A DNA stretch of 64,000 nt from positions 279,436 through 343,435 of the forward strand of contig JAHPZH010000001.1 of the NCBI GenBank assembly GCA_019058315.1. The letters are read 5' to 3'. Within the stretch, counting starts at the first letter, position 1. Each line of letters starts with the position of its first letter. Positions 1 through 9,432 of the stretch are shown here, piece after piece. The position numbers and the translations under genes were made by a program. The stretch comes from Candidatus Helarchaeota archaeon. GTDB taxonomy: Archaea; Asgardarchaeota; Lokiarchaeia; Helarchaeales; RDOG01. The notes under the pieces were generated by a model. That model was given only the letters and a program-made list of their open reading frames with translations, did no database searches and had not been told where the DNA came from.

Positions 1-412
1 CAATTTTTTTTATCTTTTTTTCTTGTTCATCTAATTCACACACATATTTAGGACGACCAAAATAATGAGCAAATGTATCAATTTCAAATATTCCTGTATT
101 TGGTTCAAGAGAACACATTGTTGGAAATGCGAGGACTTCCTGATTTATTTCATGAATTTGTTTAAAAAACCCAGCACCAAAACTTATCCCTAATAATGTG
201 GGCTTCCCCAATTCTGCAAGTGCTATTACTTGATCAGGATGTCTTAAGTAAGATATGTAGAGATCACATTCAGGAATCTCTAATTTATAATCGTCTAAAA
301 TTTGAGAAGAAGAAATTTCTTCTACTTGTATCCATTCACAAGAAAATATCCGCTGAATGTTCTCAAAGGCACGTTCCCCGTATTTTCCATCGGTAACGAT
401 GCCTATTTTCAT
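1..412 (-). CDS. DUF166 family protein (partial, runs off window start; not in ORF track)
   Basis: Manual minus-strand translation from ATG at 412: MKIGIVTDGKYGERAFENIQ...YLRHPDQVIALAE...PTMCSLE...FGRPKY, open to position 1; start lies 1 nt after the ArsR stop. Confidence 0.75.
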   Translation of the reverse strand, partial: MKIGIVTDGKYGERAFENIQRIFSCEWIQVEEISSSQILDDYKLEIPECDLYISYLRHPDQVIALAELGKPTLLGISFGAGFFKQIHEINQEVLAFPTMCSLEPNTGIFEIDTFAHYFGRPKYVCELDEQEKKIKKI

Positions 413-413
413 T

Positions 414-767
414 TTATACTTCCTTTAAACTATTTAAAATATGTTTTGTTGAGTCATTGAGCTTATAGAATTTCCACTTAGATTGTAGGTATGTGCTAAC
501 GAGACCACTACCTTTCATAACCGAAAGATGGTGGGAAATTAAGTTAGGTTTTTTATTTAACTGTTCAATCAGTTCACAAACACAATGATCCCTTAAAAGT
601 AGTAGAAAAGCAATTTTTAAGCGAATAGGGTGGGATAAAGCGTGAAATGCTGAACCTAACTCGTCCAAAACCTCTTCGGGCGGTATATCTTCTAACTCTT
701 TCAACAATTCTAACCTTAATTCTTCTTTTGTTTTAGGATCAGTTGCACAGCATGGATGTTGGTTCAT
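414..767 (-). CDS. ArsR/SmtB family metalloregulatory transcription factor
   Basis: FHALSHPIRLKI, HCVCEL, ISHHLSVMK winged-helix motifs; extra N-terminal CC. Confidence 0.9.
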   Translation of the reverse strand: MNQHPCCATDPKTKEELRLELLKELEDIPPEEVLDELGSAFHALSHPIRLKIAFLLLLRDHCVCELIEQLNKKPNLISHHLSVMKGSGLVSTYLQSKWKFYKLNDSTKHILNSLKEV

Positions 768-802
768 ACTTAGATATTATCTTCAACTTATTTAAGTCAT
801 TG

Positions 803-818
803 ATTTTGAATTCAAAAT
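803..818. promoter_or_regulatory. Perfect 16-bp palindrome upstream of ArsR gene, candidate operator
   Basis: attttgaattcaaaat is its own reverse complement, 36-51 nt upstream of the ArsR start; AT-rich so chance occurrence is possible. Confidence 0.4.
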
Positions 819-857
819 TTTTTGAATTTAAATATACAAGTAAAAAACAAGAAAAAA

Positions 858-1427
858 TTAATTAGAATCATGCATTACAAATTTAAATTCACAAATATCG
901 TCCCCTTCTGAGATACGCTTTAATGGTATTATTTCACCATTAATACCAGCAGCCTCTAACCATCCTCTATGTCTGAAATTACAAGCACATTCATATTCCG
1001 ATTCACCTTTTGATTTTTGTACCATTTGCCATATGAAGCACTTTTTAACGATGCCTAAGCCCTCTTTATCAGAATTTATGACAAATTTAAACTTCATTAT
1101 TTTAGGAAAATAAGCATCCATTATAGTATTCATGAGTTTGAATATTTCCGGCATTGTTTTTATGTCTCCTTTGCTGATGTTTAGAGCATTCATAATGTGT
1201 CGGGCTTCGATTTTCCCCATAGCTAATAGAGTTTTTTGATTTAGCTCATTTGCTTTCTTAAAACCTAGTTCACTTTTACATTTTAAAAACCATTGAGCAT
1301 CATGTTGTGCCCAACACATTTGTAAAATGAATTTTTGAGTATCTAAGGATAATTTATATTTTTCTTTAATTTTCTTTTTGGAAAAATTCTCATTATTTCT
1401 CTCAACTATTGAAGATCTTCCAATCAT
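858..1427 (-). CDS. DUF6125 / V4R-like small-ligand-binding protein
   Basis: WAQHDAQWF motif; Cys pattern KKCFIW..YECAC..DICEFKF. Confidence 0.65.
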   Translation of the reverse strand: MIGRSSIVERNNENFSKKKIKEKYKLSLDTQKFILQMCWAQHDAQWFLKCKSELGFKKANELNQKTLLAMGKIEARHIMNALNISKGDIKTMPEIFKLMNTIMDAYFPKIMKFKFVINSDKEGLGIVKKCFIWQMVQKSKGESEYECACNFRHRGWLEAAGINGEIIPLKRISEGDDICEFKFVMHDSN

Positions 1428-1482
1428 TATAAGAATCTCCTTTTCAATTTAATAATATTTACCCTATAAATCCTAATATTGA

Positions 1483-1524
1483 TTTTCGATCGAAAACAAC
1501 TTTTTTTTAGTTGTAGTTCTACAA
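1483..1524. promoter_or_regulatory. Two palindromes in the divergent DUF6125/TrmB promoter
   Basis: ttttcgatcgaaaa (1483-1496, perfect) and ttgtag-tt-ctacaa (1511-1524). Confidence 0.45.
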
Positions 1525-1533
1525 TATTTTATA

Positions 1534-2430
1534 ATGTCAAATAATTTAACCTATGAATTGAAAGAATTTTTAAAAAGTGGAAAGCTTTCGAATTACGAAA
1601 TAAAAGCATATTTAGCAATGTTAGAATTTAATGATTTAACTGCGAAAGAAATTAGCCAAAAGTCAAGAGTCCCTGCTGGTAGAATTTATGAAGTTTTAGA
1701 GGAACTAAAAATAAAGGGCTTGATCGAAATTCAAGAGTCGAGACCAAAAAAATATAGAAAAATCCATCCAAATAAAGCTTTATATAATCTTATTTCGCAT
1801 TTTGCAGATGAGAATAGGAAAAGAATGACTTATTTAACCAATCAAGCCAAAAATTTGGAATCTCAATTAAAAAATTCTAAACTTTTTACCAAAGAAGACT
1901 CTTCGAGGATTTTTTGGTCGACAGCTTTTGGTTGGAAGTCTGTTTTCGATTTATACTTAAAAAAGTTCAGTGAAATGCAAGAAGAACTACTTATGACTGG
2001 TTTTATAGATAATAATACAATAAAAATTCTACATTTTGCTAAGCCTTTCTATTTAGGTATTAAAAGGTTAATAGATCGAGGTATTTCTGTGAAATATCTT
2101 TGGTGCTTTGACCATGATCAAAGAGCTATCTCAGAAGACCTTAAAATAAAAAATGAGACACTTTATGATAAATTAATGAAAAGGTTTAAAGAATTATACG
2201 ATTTTACTCCAAATCCAAATCTAGAAGTAAAGTTTATACATAATAGGATCCCAACTTATTTTGATATTCTAGATAAGAGAAGAATAATAATAAAACTCCA
2301 AGATCCATTACAACCACATAGAATTTTCTCCGCGTTAAATGTGTTAGACCCAAATCTGGCAAGGGAGTTAAGAAATAAATTCTTTGAAATTTGGCTTTTT
2401 GTAGCTAATGAAGGAAATATCTCTTTATAA
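1534..2430 (+). CDS. TrmB family transcriptional regulator
   Basis: LSNYEIKAYLAML..TAKEIS..SRVPAGRIYEVLEEL..KGLI..SRPKKY HTH plus PLD-like C-terminal effector domain. Confidence 0.9.
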   Translation: MSNNLTYELKEFLKSGKLSNYEIKAYLAMLEFNDLTAKEISQKSRVPAGRIYEVLEELKIKGLIEIQESRPKKYRKIHPNKALYNLISHFADENRKRMTYLTNQAKNLESQLKNSKLFTKEDSSRIFWSTAFGWKSVFDLYLKKFSEMQEELLMTGFIDNNTIKILHFAKPFYLGIKRLIDRGISVKYLWCFDHDQRAISEDLKIKNETLYDKLMKRFKELYDFTPNPNLEVKFIHNRIPTYFDILDKRRIIIKLQDPLQPHRIFSALNVLDPNLARELRNKFFEIWLFVANEGNISL

Positions 2431-2681
2431 AAACTTAAATCAAAAATTGGGAGAAGAAACAGAAACAAAACCTCGAAATTAATTAAAATTGATTCAAATA
2501 ATAATTGAATTATTTATATTTTTTCTTAAGCTGATATTATTTTAATACCTGTGATTAACGAAAGAATTACATCATAGTATATACATTATGATCGAGTGCA
2601 AAAATTAAAAAAAGAAAGAAATCATATTTCTTTTTACCTTTTAAAAACATAAAAATTTAAAATAAAAAAGAAGGTAAAAAA

Positions 2682-3059
2682 ATGGCAATTGAGGATATTC
2701 AGACATTTGTTTTTGGAATAATAATTATGGTTCTTGTGATAGTAGGGATAATCATTGGCGTGGCAGTAGTTGAAAATCCGACACTAATGGAGATATTGGA
2801 TAATCTTGCTGCAGTTATTTATATTAATGCTGGACTTGTGCTCTTATTGGGTGGTGTATGGAAAAGCAAGACCTTAATAACCGTTGGATTTATTTTAACG
2901 TTATGTGCATCAGGAATCCTTATACCAGGCTTTACATTCTCGATTTTCTATGCACCATATGATACTGCTAGCGTAATCGGTGCTATTATTTTGCTTTGTT
3001 TTGTAGGTACTGGTTTAGTCCTTGCAATCATATCCTTTGTTAATGTCCAAAAAGAATAA
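2682..3059 (+). CDS. Small 4-TM membrane protein
   Basis: Four hydrophobic segments; aaggt SD-like motif upstream. Confidence 0.7.
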   Translation: MAIEDIQTFVFGIIIMVLVIVGIIIGVAVVENPTLMEILDNLAAVIYINAGLVLLLGGVWKSKTLITVGFILTLCASGILIPGFTFSIFYAPYDTASVIGAIILLCFVGTGLVLAIISFVNVQKE

Positions 3060-3060
3060 T

Positions 3061-3080
3061 CCTTTCTCTCTTTTTTTTTG
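3061..3080 (+). terminator. Archaeal oligo-T terminator
   Basis: cctttctctctttttttttg immediately after the stop codon. Confidence 0.45.
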
Positions 3081-3235
3081 TAATGCTTGTTAAAAACCAT
3101 AAGATAATTTTTCTGAACTATATTCTTTTAGAAGCTTTGAATAATCAACGATAAACTAATTGAAATAGTATTAATGTAATTTATTACAAATAGATCAAAT
3201 TCGTTATTTAAAATTGATAAAAATAAACTAAAGAA

Positions 3236-3562
3236 CTAATAATATCCTCCTCCACTCAAAGGTGGAACAAGATAAAACTCATCCCCCTCATTTAACTCTA
3301 AATCTAAGTCCTTTTCTAAATCAAGATCCTTATAATTTCTCAAAAAATGTATCATTTTAAATTTTTTCTGACTTTTATCAAGAAAACTTTCTGGAAATGA
3401 GCCCGAATATCCTTCATATAAATAGTTTAAGAATGATTGAATGTTCATTCCCTTATCTATTTCCAATATTATTTGCTTTTTTCCAATACGCTCTCCTATT
3501 AACCCCATAAGATGAACTTTAATTTGAATTTTGTTACGATCCGATTTTTCTTCTTTTACCAT
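3236..3562 (-). CDS. MoaD/ThiS/SAMP family ubiquitin-like protein with C-terminal GG plus GYY extension
   Basis: Beta-grasp pattern IKVHLMG..LNEGDEFYLVPPLSGGGYY*. Confidence 0.85.
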   Translation of the reverse strand: MVKEEKSDRNKIQIKVHLMGLIGERIGKKQIILEIDKGMNIQSFLNYLYEGYSGSFPESFLDKSQKKFKMIHFLRNYKDLDLEKDLDLELNEGDEFYLVPPLSGGGYY

Positions 3563-3641
3563 AAATTAACAACCAGTTTTTTTTAAAAAACTCTCTAAAC
3601 AATATTATTATGTGTTAAATTCAAAAATAAATTGATTATTT

Positions 3642-4793
3642 ATGAAATCCAAATCATTAGTTTCTATTGTAAAAGGGCAAGATCCAATAATAATTACTCA
3701 AAAAGCTATAAATCTATTGAGAGGAATTAATAAATTTATTAAAAAGAGTGATAAAGTAGTAATAAAACCTAATTTAGTAGTTCCTCTACCAAACGAAACT
3801 GGAGTTACAACCTCTCCCTTAGTTGTAAAAGCTATAATTGAGCTACTTAAGAAAAATGGAAATGAAAAAATAACTGTAGGAGATTCGCCTTTCTTTCCAT
3901 TTAATGCAAGGGATTGTTTTGAAAGAACAAGAATGAGGGAAATTATTGAGGATAATAATGTAGATATCGCATATTTTGACGAAGAAGAATATATTTCATT
4001 AGATAATCCACAAGGGAAATTACTTAAAAAGATCAATCTTCCCAAAAGCATTGTTGATTGTGATGCTATCATATCAGTTGCTAAAATGAAATGTCATTCT
4101 CAAACTCTAGTATCACTATCTATAAAAAATCAGATTGGAATTCTCTCTCCTAACGATAAACAGATTTTTCATCGAGATGATCTTCATCAAAAGATAATAG
4201 ATTTTTTTATTGCATTAAGAAGTAAATTAAAATTGGCAGTAATGGATGCAATTATTGCTTTAGAGGGTCAAGGACCAACATATGGAAATCCTGTAGATCT
4301 AAACCTTGTTTTGGCAAGTCAAGATTTTTTAGCATTGGATTCGGTTTGTTGTGAAATTATGGATATAGAAATGAATTCAATAGCCCATCTTCGTCTTGCA
4401 GTTCAAGAAGATCTTGGAAAATATAATTCAAATAATATTGAAATTCATGGAGAAAAAATTGATGAAGTTAAACACCCATTTGTAAAGGCTTCTCAGGAAT
4501 TAATAGGTGTTTATCCAAATGTCCATGTCTATGTAGGTGGAGCATGTAAAATAGGCTGTTTTGCTTGGGGTAGAGTTGCAATTGATTCCTTAGTTAAAAA
4601 GGAAGAATTAGATAAATATGGTGATATTTCAATAATTATGGGTGTTGATCCAAGTGTTCCTGAAAAACTAATTGGAACGGTTTTTGTTATTGGAGATTGT
4701 GCTAAAAAATATCAAGATAAAGGAATTTTTATACCTGGGTGTCCTCCCTTTATGACCTATAAAGAGGTTAGAGATAATTTAATGAAAAAATAA
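3642..4793 (+). CDS. DUF362 domain Fe-S protein
   Basis: KVVIKPNL, AKMKCH, LSIKNQIG, LEGQGP; C-terminal CKIGC..GDCA..PGCPP. Confidence 0.85.
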   Translation: MKSKSLVSIVKGQDPIIITQKAINLLRGINKFIKKSDKVVIKPNLVVPLPNETGVTTSPLVVKAIIELLKKNGNEKITVGDSPFFPFNARDCFERTRMREIIEDNNVDIAYFDEEEYISLDNPQGKLLKKINLPKSIVDCDAIISVAKMKCHSQTLVSLSIKNQIGILSPNDKQIFHRDDLHQKIIDFFIALRSKLKLAVMDAIIALEGQGPTYGNPVDLNLVLASQDFLALDSVCCEIMDIEMNSIAHLRLAVQEDLGKYNSNNIEIHGEKIDEVKHPFVKASQELIGVYPNVHVYVGGACKIGCFAWGRVAIDSLVKKEELDKYGDISIIMGVDPSVPEKLIGTVFVIGDCAKKYQDKGIFIPGCPPFMTYKEVRDNLMKK

Positions 4794-4816
4794 AGATAAT
4801 CAAACATTTCTAATTA

Positions 4817-6046
4817 TTATTCTATTTTTGTTTCAATATCCGGAGAAATGGATTTCATTTTATATCTTTTAGGAAGGTCTGCAATATGTTTAGGACCTTC
4901 TTCCATTGCAATTTTAAAACCAACGCCAGCTCTTTCTTCAATTCGATGAAATGGTGTTTCTCCAATAGCTTCTTGAATGATCTCGGTTATGAAGTAGATT
5001 GGTATTTTAGATTCAAGTGTAACTTTTGCTAATGAGAGTATTAAAAAACATCCTCCACAATAAACTACTAGACCTTCAGCTCCTGATTCTTCTGCTTCTT
5101 TCAATCTAACTTGGGCGTCCATTACTATATCCATTATATCTTGTTTTCTTGCAAATGAAGCAATCCCACAGCATAATGCGTTTTGTTTATTATGTTTCAT
5201 CTCCACAATTTCTACGCCACAAGTTTGTAAAATTTTACGACTAAGATCAAAATAATGTGTTCCAAATGGTTTCGCATGACAATTATCATGTAATGTAAGT
5301 TTTTTGTTTACTTTATTCCTGATTTTTATGTTTCCATTCTCTATCCTTTCTGAAAGAAAATCCAATAAGCCAGTAGCTTCGAAATCATATTTAACATTAA
5401 ATTTATCTGGATATATTTTAAGGATGGTATCATAGCACCCTAAGCATGGAAATAATATTTTTTTAACTCCTATTTCTTTAAATTGTTTTTCCAGTCTCTT
5501 TGCAGTTTGTTCAGCTGTATCAAAAACGCCTAATCTATAAAAAGGTTCTGCACAACAAAGTTCATCCGTCATCATAATGTTCTGGTCTTCAAAAAGTTTC
5601 GATTTAAAAAGAAAAAAAGCCCCACCACACATAGAGCATCCAGGATATAGAAATTCTTCACACTTAGTTAATTCAGACCAAGATGTATAGAGTTGTTTTT
5701 CATCTTCAGGAACTCTCTCTTTTAAAATTGACCATAAATTTGGTTTTGGTTGAAGGGGAGTGAGTATAAATCTAGAAATGTTTGCTAACCCTTTCTCTTT
5801 ATATTTCTCATACCATCTATAAAGAATCAATTCATAAGGATTGCAATTATTAGGACAAATTAGATTACACGTCATGCAGCTAGTACATTTTTTAATAATA
5901 TGTTTGGCCTTTTCACCCTCAATTAATTTTCTCATTTCTTCTTTTGCTTCTTCTAAAGGCAATTCTAATACTGGACATTTGTGTAAACAGAGACCACATA
6001 AATCGCATTGCTCTTTTTTAAAAAAATAATATTTGTTTTCAACCAT
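4817..6046 (-). CDS. HdrD/GlpC-like (Fe-S)-binding oxidoreductase with CCG domains
   Basis: CDLCGLCLHKCP and CTSCMTCNLICP ferredoxin motifs; LCCAEP, HDNCH, LCCG, YCGGC. Confidence 0.88.
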   Translation of the reverse strand: MVENKYYFFKKEQCDLCGLCLHKCPVLELPLEEAKEEMRKLIEGEKAKHIIKKCTSCMTCNLICPNNCNPYELILYRWYEKYKEKGLANISRFILTPLQPKPNLWSILKERVPEDEKQLYTSWSELTKCEEFLYPGCSMCGGAFFLFKSKLFEDQNIMMTDELCCAEPFYRLGVFDTAEQTAKRLEKQFKEIGVKKILFPCLGCYDTILKIYPDKFNVKYDFEATGLLDFLSERIENGNIKIRNKVNKKLTLHDNCHAKPFGTHYFDLSRKILQTCGVEIVEMKHNKQNALCCGIASFARKQDIMDIVMDAQVRLKEAEESGAEGLVVYCGGCFLILSLAKVTLESKIPIYFITEIIQEAIGETPFHRIEERAGVGFKIAMEEGPKHIADLPKRYKMKSISPDIETKIE

Positions 6047-6060
6047 TATTAATCTCCAAA

Positions 6061-7002
6061 TTAACTAAAATAACCCTTAGTTATTTCAAAAACCCGATAA
6101 CCAAGTTCTGGTAACTTTTTTAGAATAAGCATTTCCGTTTTTGGGTTTTTAGAATAACACGTAATAAAATAAGTATCATCTTTAAATGAAAATTTTTGAA
6201 AATAAGCCTTTCCATTTTCTAGCTCAATATCAGTCCAAAAATCTATAACATCTGTAATCCTTTTTGAGGAATCATCTTTTATTGAATCTTCAACCCAACT
6301 ATTTAAGAATTGTTTAAGAGCAGATTGAGCGATCTGGAGATTTTCTTCATTACTACTATGTTTTTCTAAAATGAGGAGATTTTCTTCAAGAAGTATTATT
6401 GAAGAGGAAAATGTCGCTCTTGCAAATTCTTTTAATAATTTTTTGAAAAGATCTTTTATTACAGTGATTTGTTTCAGTCCTTGTGAGAAACTATTAATTA
6501 TTGACCAATAATCATAAATAGAAGTCTCAAAAAATGTAACGTTTTTCAAGCTACCAAATTTATTCTTAATCTCTTCAGCTCTTTGTTGAATCTCTGGAAG
6601 CTCTCTTTTATCTGGGTCCATTTTATGAATTAATATGAAAACACGAGAAGTGTCTATTGATTTAATTTCTGATACTTTCATTAATTGTTGAAAATATTCA
6701 AAGGATTCATCAATATTATCGCCTTGAACATCCACGAAATAATATATTATATCATTATCCGTGAGGAATTTATGCGATTTTTTAATATATTCATCCCGAT
6801 ATATTTTTTGTCCTCCATAATCCCAAATTTGAAATTTATATCCGAGAATATTCAATGAATTCCTCTGCGCACCTGTTGTAGGCTTTAAATTATAAAGAGA
6901 TCCAAACTTCTTTTGTAATACACTTAAAAATGTTGATTTTCCAGATTCTTCCATACCTAAAAAAGCAATTCTTTTTGCTAATTTATCATCTAATTCTTCC
7001 AA
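6061..7002 (-). CDS. Rag/Gtr-like (Arf-related) small GTPase with C-terminal roadblock-like domain
   Basis: G1 GMEESGKS, G2 PTTG, G3 WDYGGQ, G4 HKMD, G5 TSI; ~135 aa C-terminal alpha/beta domain. Confidence 0.85.
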   Translation of the reverse strand: MEELDDKLAKRIAFLGMEESGKSTFLSVLQKKFGSLYNLKPTTGAQRNSLNILGYKFQIWDYGGQKIYRDEYIKKSHKFLTDNDIIYYFVDVQGDNIDESFEYFQQLMKVSEIKSIDTSRVFILIHKMDPDKRELPEIQQRAEEIKNKFGSLKNVTFFETSIYDYWSIINSFSQGLKQITVIKDLFKKLLKEFARATFSSSIILLEENLLILEKHSSNEENLQIAQSALKQFLNSWVEDSIKDDSSKRITDVIDFWTDIELENGKAYFQKFSFKDDTYFITCYSKNPKTEMLILKKLPELGYRVFEITKGYFS

Positions 7003-7160
7003 TTTAATATTTTACTCCAGCTAGTCAATTAACTAAAAATATTGAGTTTTATCAGTATTTATCTCATATTAAAAAATTTTAGGTACAATATTGAATTCAT
7101 TTTAATAATTTTTATTGAAAATTATGATTATCCTTTTGAAAAAAGAAAAAAGAAATTCAA

Positions 7161-7457
7161 TTATGATGTTAAATTTTTTATGACTTCTTCTGTTTGTTCA
7201 ATTGACATAACTTGTTTTACTTCATAAAAAGCAAATGGAACATATTTTTGGGTTGCATTAGTAACTTCAACTTCAGTTCCTTCCATAATACTATATCCTT
7301 TTGTTTCACCAACAAATAATCCCCAATCCTTGGTTAGACCTTGTTTAATTTGTTCCTTTATCATGGACAAAAGAAAATTCCACCCCGTTCCTCGATCTTT
7401 ACGACCAGTTGGTATTCTTCTTTGGTCGATTTCCCAAAGAATTAGATATTTTGGCAT
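7161..7457 (-). CDS. DUF3303-like small ferredoxin-fold protein
   Basis: MPKYLILWEI..DWGLFVGETKGYSIMEG pattern. Confidence 0.6.
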   Translation of the reverse strand: MPKYLILWEIDQRRIPTGRKDRGTGWNFLLSMIKEQIKQGLTKDWGLFVGETKGYSIMEGTEVEVTNATQKYVPFAFYEVKQVMSIEQTEEVIKNLTS

Positions 7458-7581
7458 AAATTGACACCTAATCTAATCTATTACATTATTATTGAAAAGA
7501 GTAAAATTGTATTTTTTTAAAATTAGTATTAATAATTTTATTAATTTTTTAAATATCATTCTAAAATTAGGTTAAATAAAA

Positions 7582-8631
7582 ATGAAAGCTGCTTTTTTTC
7601 AAGGTCCAAATCAAAAACCATTATTTAAGATTGAAGATGTAGAAATACCAAAACCTAGCGTAAATGAAGTTTTGGTTAGAAATTATGCCTCAGCATTATG
7701 TGGAACGGATTTACATATTATTGACGGTTCCTTACTAAGAAACATCAAAGGAGAATGGCTGGCATATAAAGATTTGCCTATTGTAATAGGGCATGAAGCT
7801 TCAGGAATTGTTGAAGAAGTAGGAAAAAACGTTAAAAGGTTGAAGAAAGGAGATCATGTATTCACAGCTCCTAATATATTCTGCGGTTACTGTTCTCATT
7901 GTATTCGTGGAAAAACAAATTTATGTAATAATCGCAAAGTTATTGGGCTTCACTACCCTGGTTTCCACTCAGAATTCTTTGTTTGTGATGAAAAATCACT
8001 TTATTTGCTACCTGAAAATATTGATTTTGATACTGGATGTTTAATAGGTGATACTTTAGGAACTGCATATCATGCTATTAAGCAAATAAATATTCAACCA
8101 GGTGATATCGTTTCTGTTTGGGGGCTTGGACCTATTGGTACGACTGTGGCACAAATGGCAAAGATTGCTGGAGCTTCTAAAATTATCGCAATTGATGTAA
8201 TGAATGAACGAATTCAATTAGCTAAAGATTTAGGAATGGATGTTTGTATTCATGCGGATGAAGCAAGAGATAAAATTATGGATTTAACAATGAATGAAGG
8301 TGTAGATGTAAGTATAGAAGTGACAGGTATAAATATTGTTTTAGAAAATGCGTTTAATACTACCCGTAAAGGTGGAAAGGTCCTAGTTGTTGGGATACAT
8401 TCAAAAAAGTTAAATTTGTATACTCTAGCTTTGAGTTATCGGGAAATTTCTATGATAGGGACATTTTCCCATACTTTTAACGAATCCGAACATATTATAA
8501 ATTTAATTAGCTCAAATAAGATTAATTTAAAATCGTTAATTAGCCATAAATTTCCCCTAGAAGAAATAAATGAAGCTTATAAATTATTTATTGCGAAAAA
8601 AACGAATAAAGTTATCCTAAATCCCCACTAG
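7582..8631 (+). CDS. Zinc-dependent alcohol dehydrogenase (MDR family)
   Basis: CGTDLH, GHE, CGYCSHC..C, GLGPIG. Confidence 0.93.
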   Translation: MKAAFFQGPNQKPLFKIEDVEIPKPSVNEVLVRNYASALCGTDLHIIDGSLLRNIKGEWLAYKDLPIVIGHEASGIVEEVGKNVKRLKKGDHVFTAPNIFCGYCSHCIRGKTNLCNNRKVIGLHYPGFHSEFFVCDEKSLYLLPENIDFDTGCLIGDTLGTAYHAIKQINIQPGDIVSVWGLGPIGTTVAQMAKIAGASKIIAIDVMNERIQLAKDLGMDVCIHADEARDKIMDLTMNEGVDVSIEVTGINIVLENAFNTTRKGGKVLVVGIHSKKLNLYTLALSYREISMIGTFSHTFNESEHIINLISSNKINLKSLISHKFPLEEINEAYKLFIAKKTNKVILNPH

Positions 8632-9277
8632 AACTTCTTGAAAAAATATTTAGACTTCCACCAGCTGTCATGTAAGCCTTCATAAACACGTCAAATATAT
8701 GTTTTAATGGAAGATCTGCAAATGTTCCCCTATCACTTATATATTCAATATGTTTTTTACCATCTAAAGTGGTTTTTGGAAGCATACCATCATTAATTCC
8801 ATCGAATTCGACAGTTTTGTGACCAAATTTCTGACATAGCTCTATATTAAAAGCGGGCGTAGCTTTAATCCATTTATTATTAAGATACAGCTCTGTGTAA
8901 CCATGAAAAATAAACAAGTCTGTTCCCATTTCGTTTTTCAATTTTGGCGTTATTTGATGATTTCTAATATCTGCAAAATGTAGTCGTGATGGGATATTAA
9001 CGGCTCTCGCTAATGTTGCAAGAACAACGGCCTTAGGAACACACCAAGCTCTTCCTTTTCGAATTATATTAGAAGCTTTGTAGCTTTTTTTCATAAACGA
9101 GAGAGAGTAAGGATCGTAAGGGATCTTATCCCGAGTCCAATAGAATATACTCTTTGCTTTTTCTATTGGATCAGACATATCCCTTGTGAGTTCATATGCA
9201 ATATCAGAAATTAATTCAGAATCTGTATCAATAAAATAAGTCTGTTTAAGATATTTCTCGTCTATTTTAGATTCCAA
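8612..9277 (-). CDS. Transglutaminase-like domain protein
   Basis: WCVPKAVVLATLARAVNIPSR, FHGYTELYLNNKW. Confidence 0.88.
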   Translation of the reverse strand: MESKIDEKYLKQTYFIDTDSELISDIAYELTRDMSDPIEKAKSIFYWTRDKIPYDPYSLSFMKKSYKASNIIRKGRAWCVPKAVVLATLARAVNIPSRLHFADIRNHQITPKLKNEMGTDLFIFHGYTELYLNNKWIKATPAFNIELCQKFGHKTVEFDGINDGMLPKTTLDGKKHIEYISDRGTFADLPLKHIFDVFMKAYMTAGGSLNIFSRSSSGDLG

Positions 9278-9432
9278 TTTTAATACTACTCACAATTTGT
9301 CTATCCAACAGAGAAATTTTTAGTTATAATTATTTCTGAATAACTGGATTTTATTAAATTAGAAAACAAACCTTTAAATTTTAGACGATTAAAATAATAA
9401 CTGGAAAATTATTTTAACGGAGGTTAGATAAT

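Noticed and set aside
196-396. 66-aa plus-strand ORF from the track
   Set aside because: Antisense shadow of the DUF166 gene on the minus strand.
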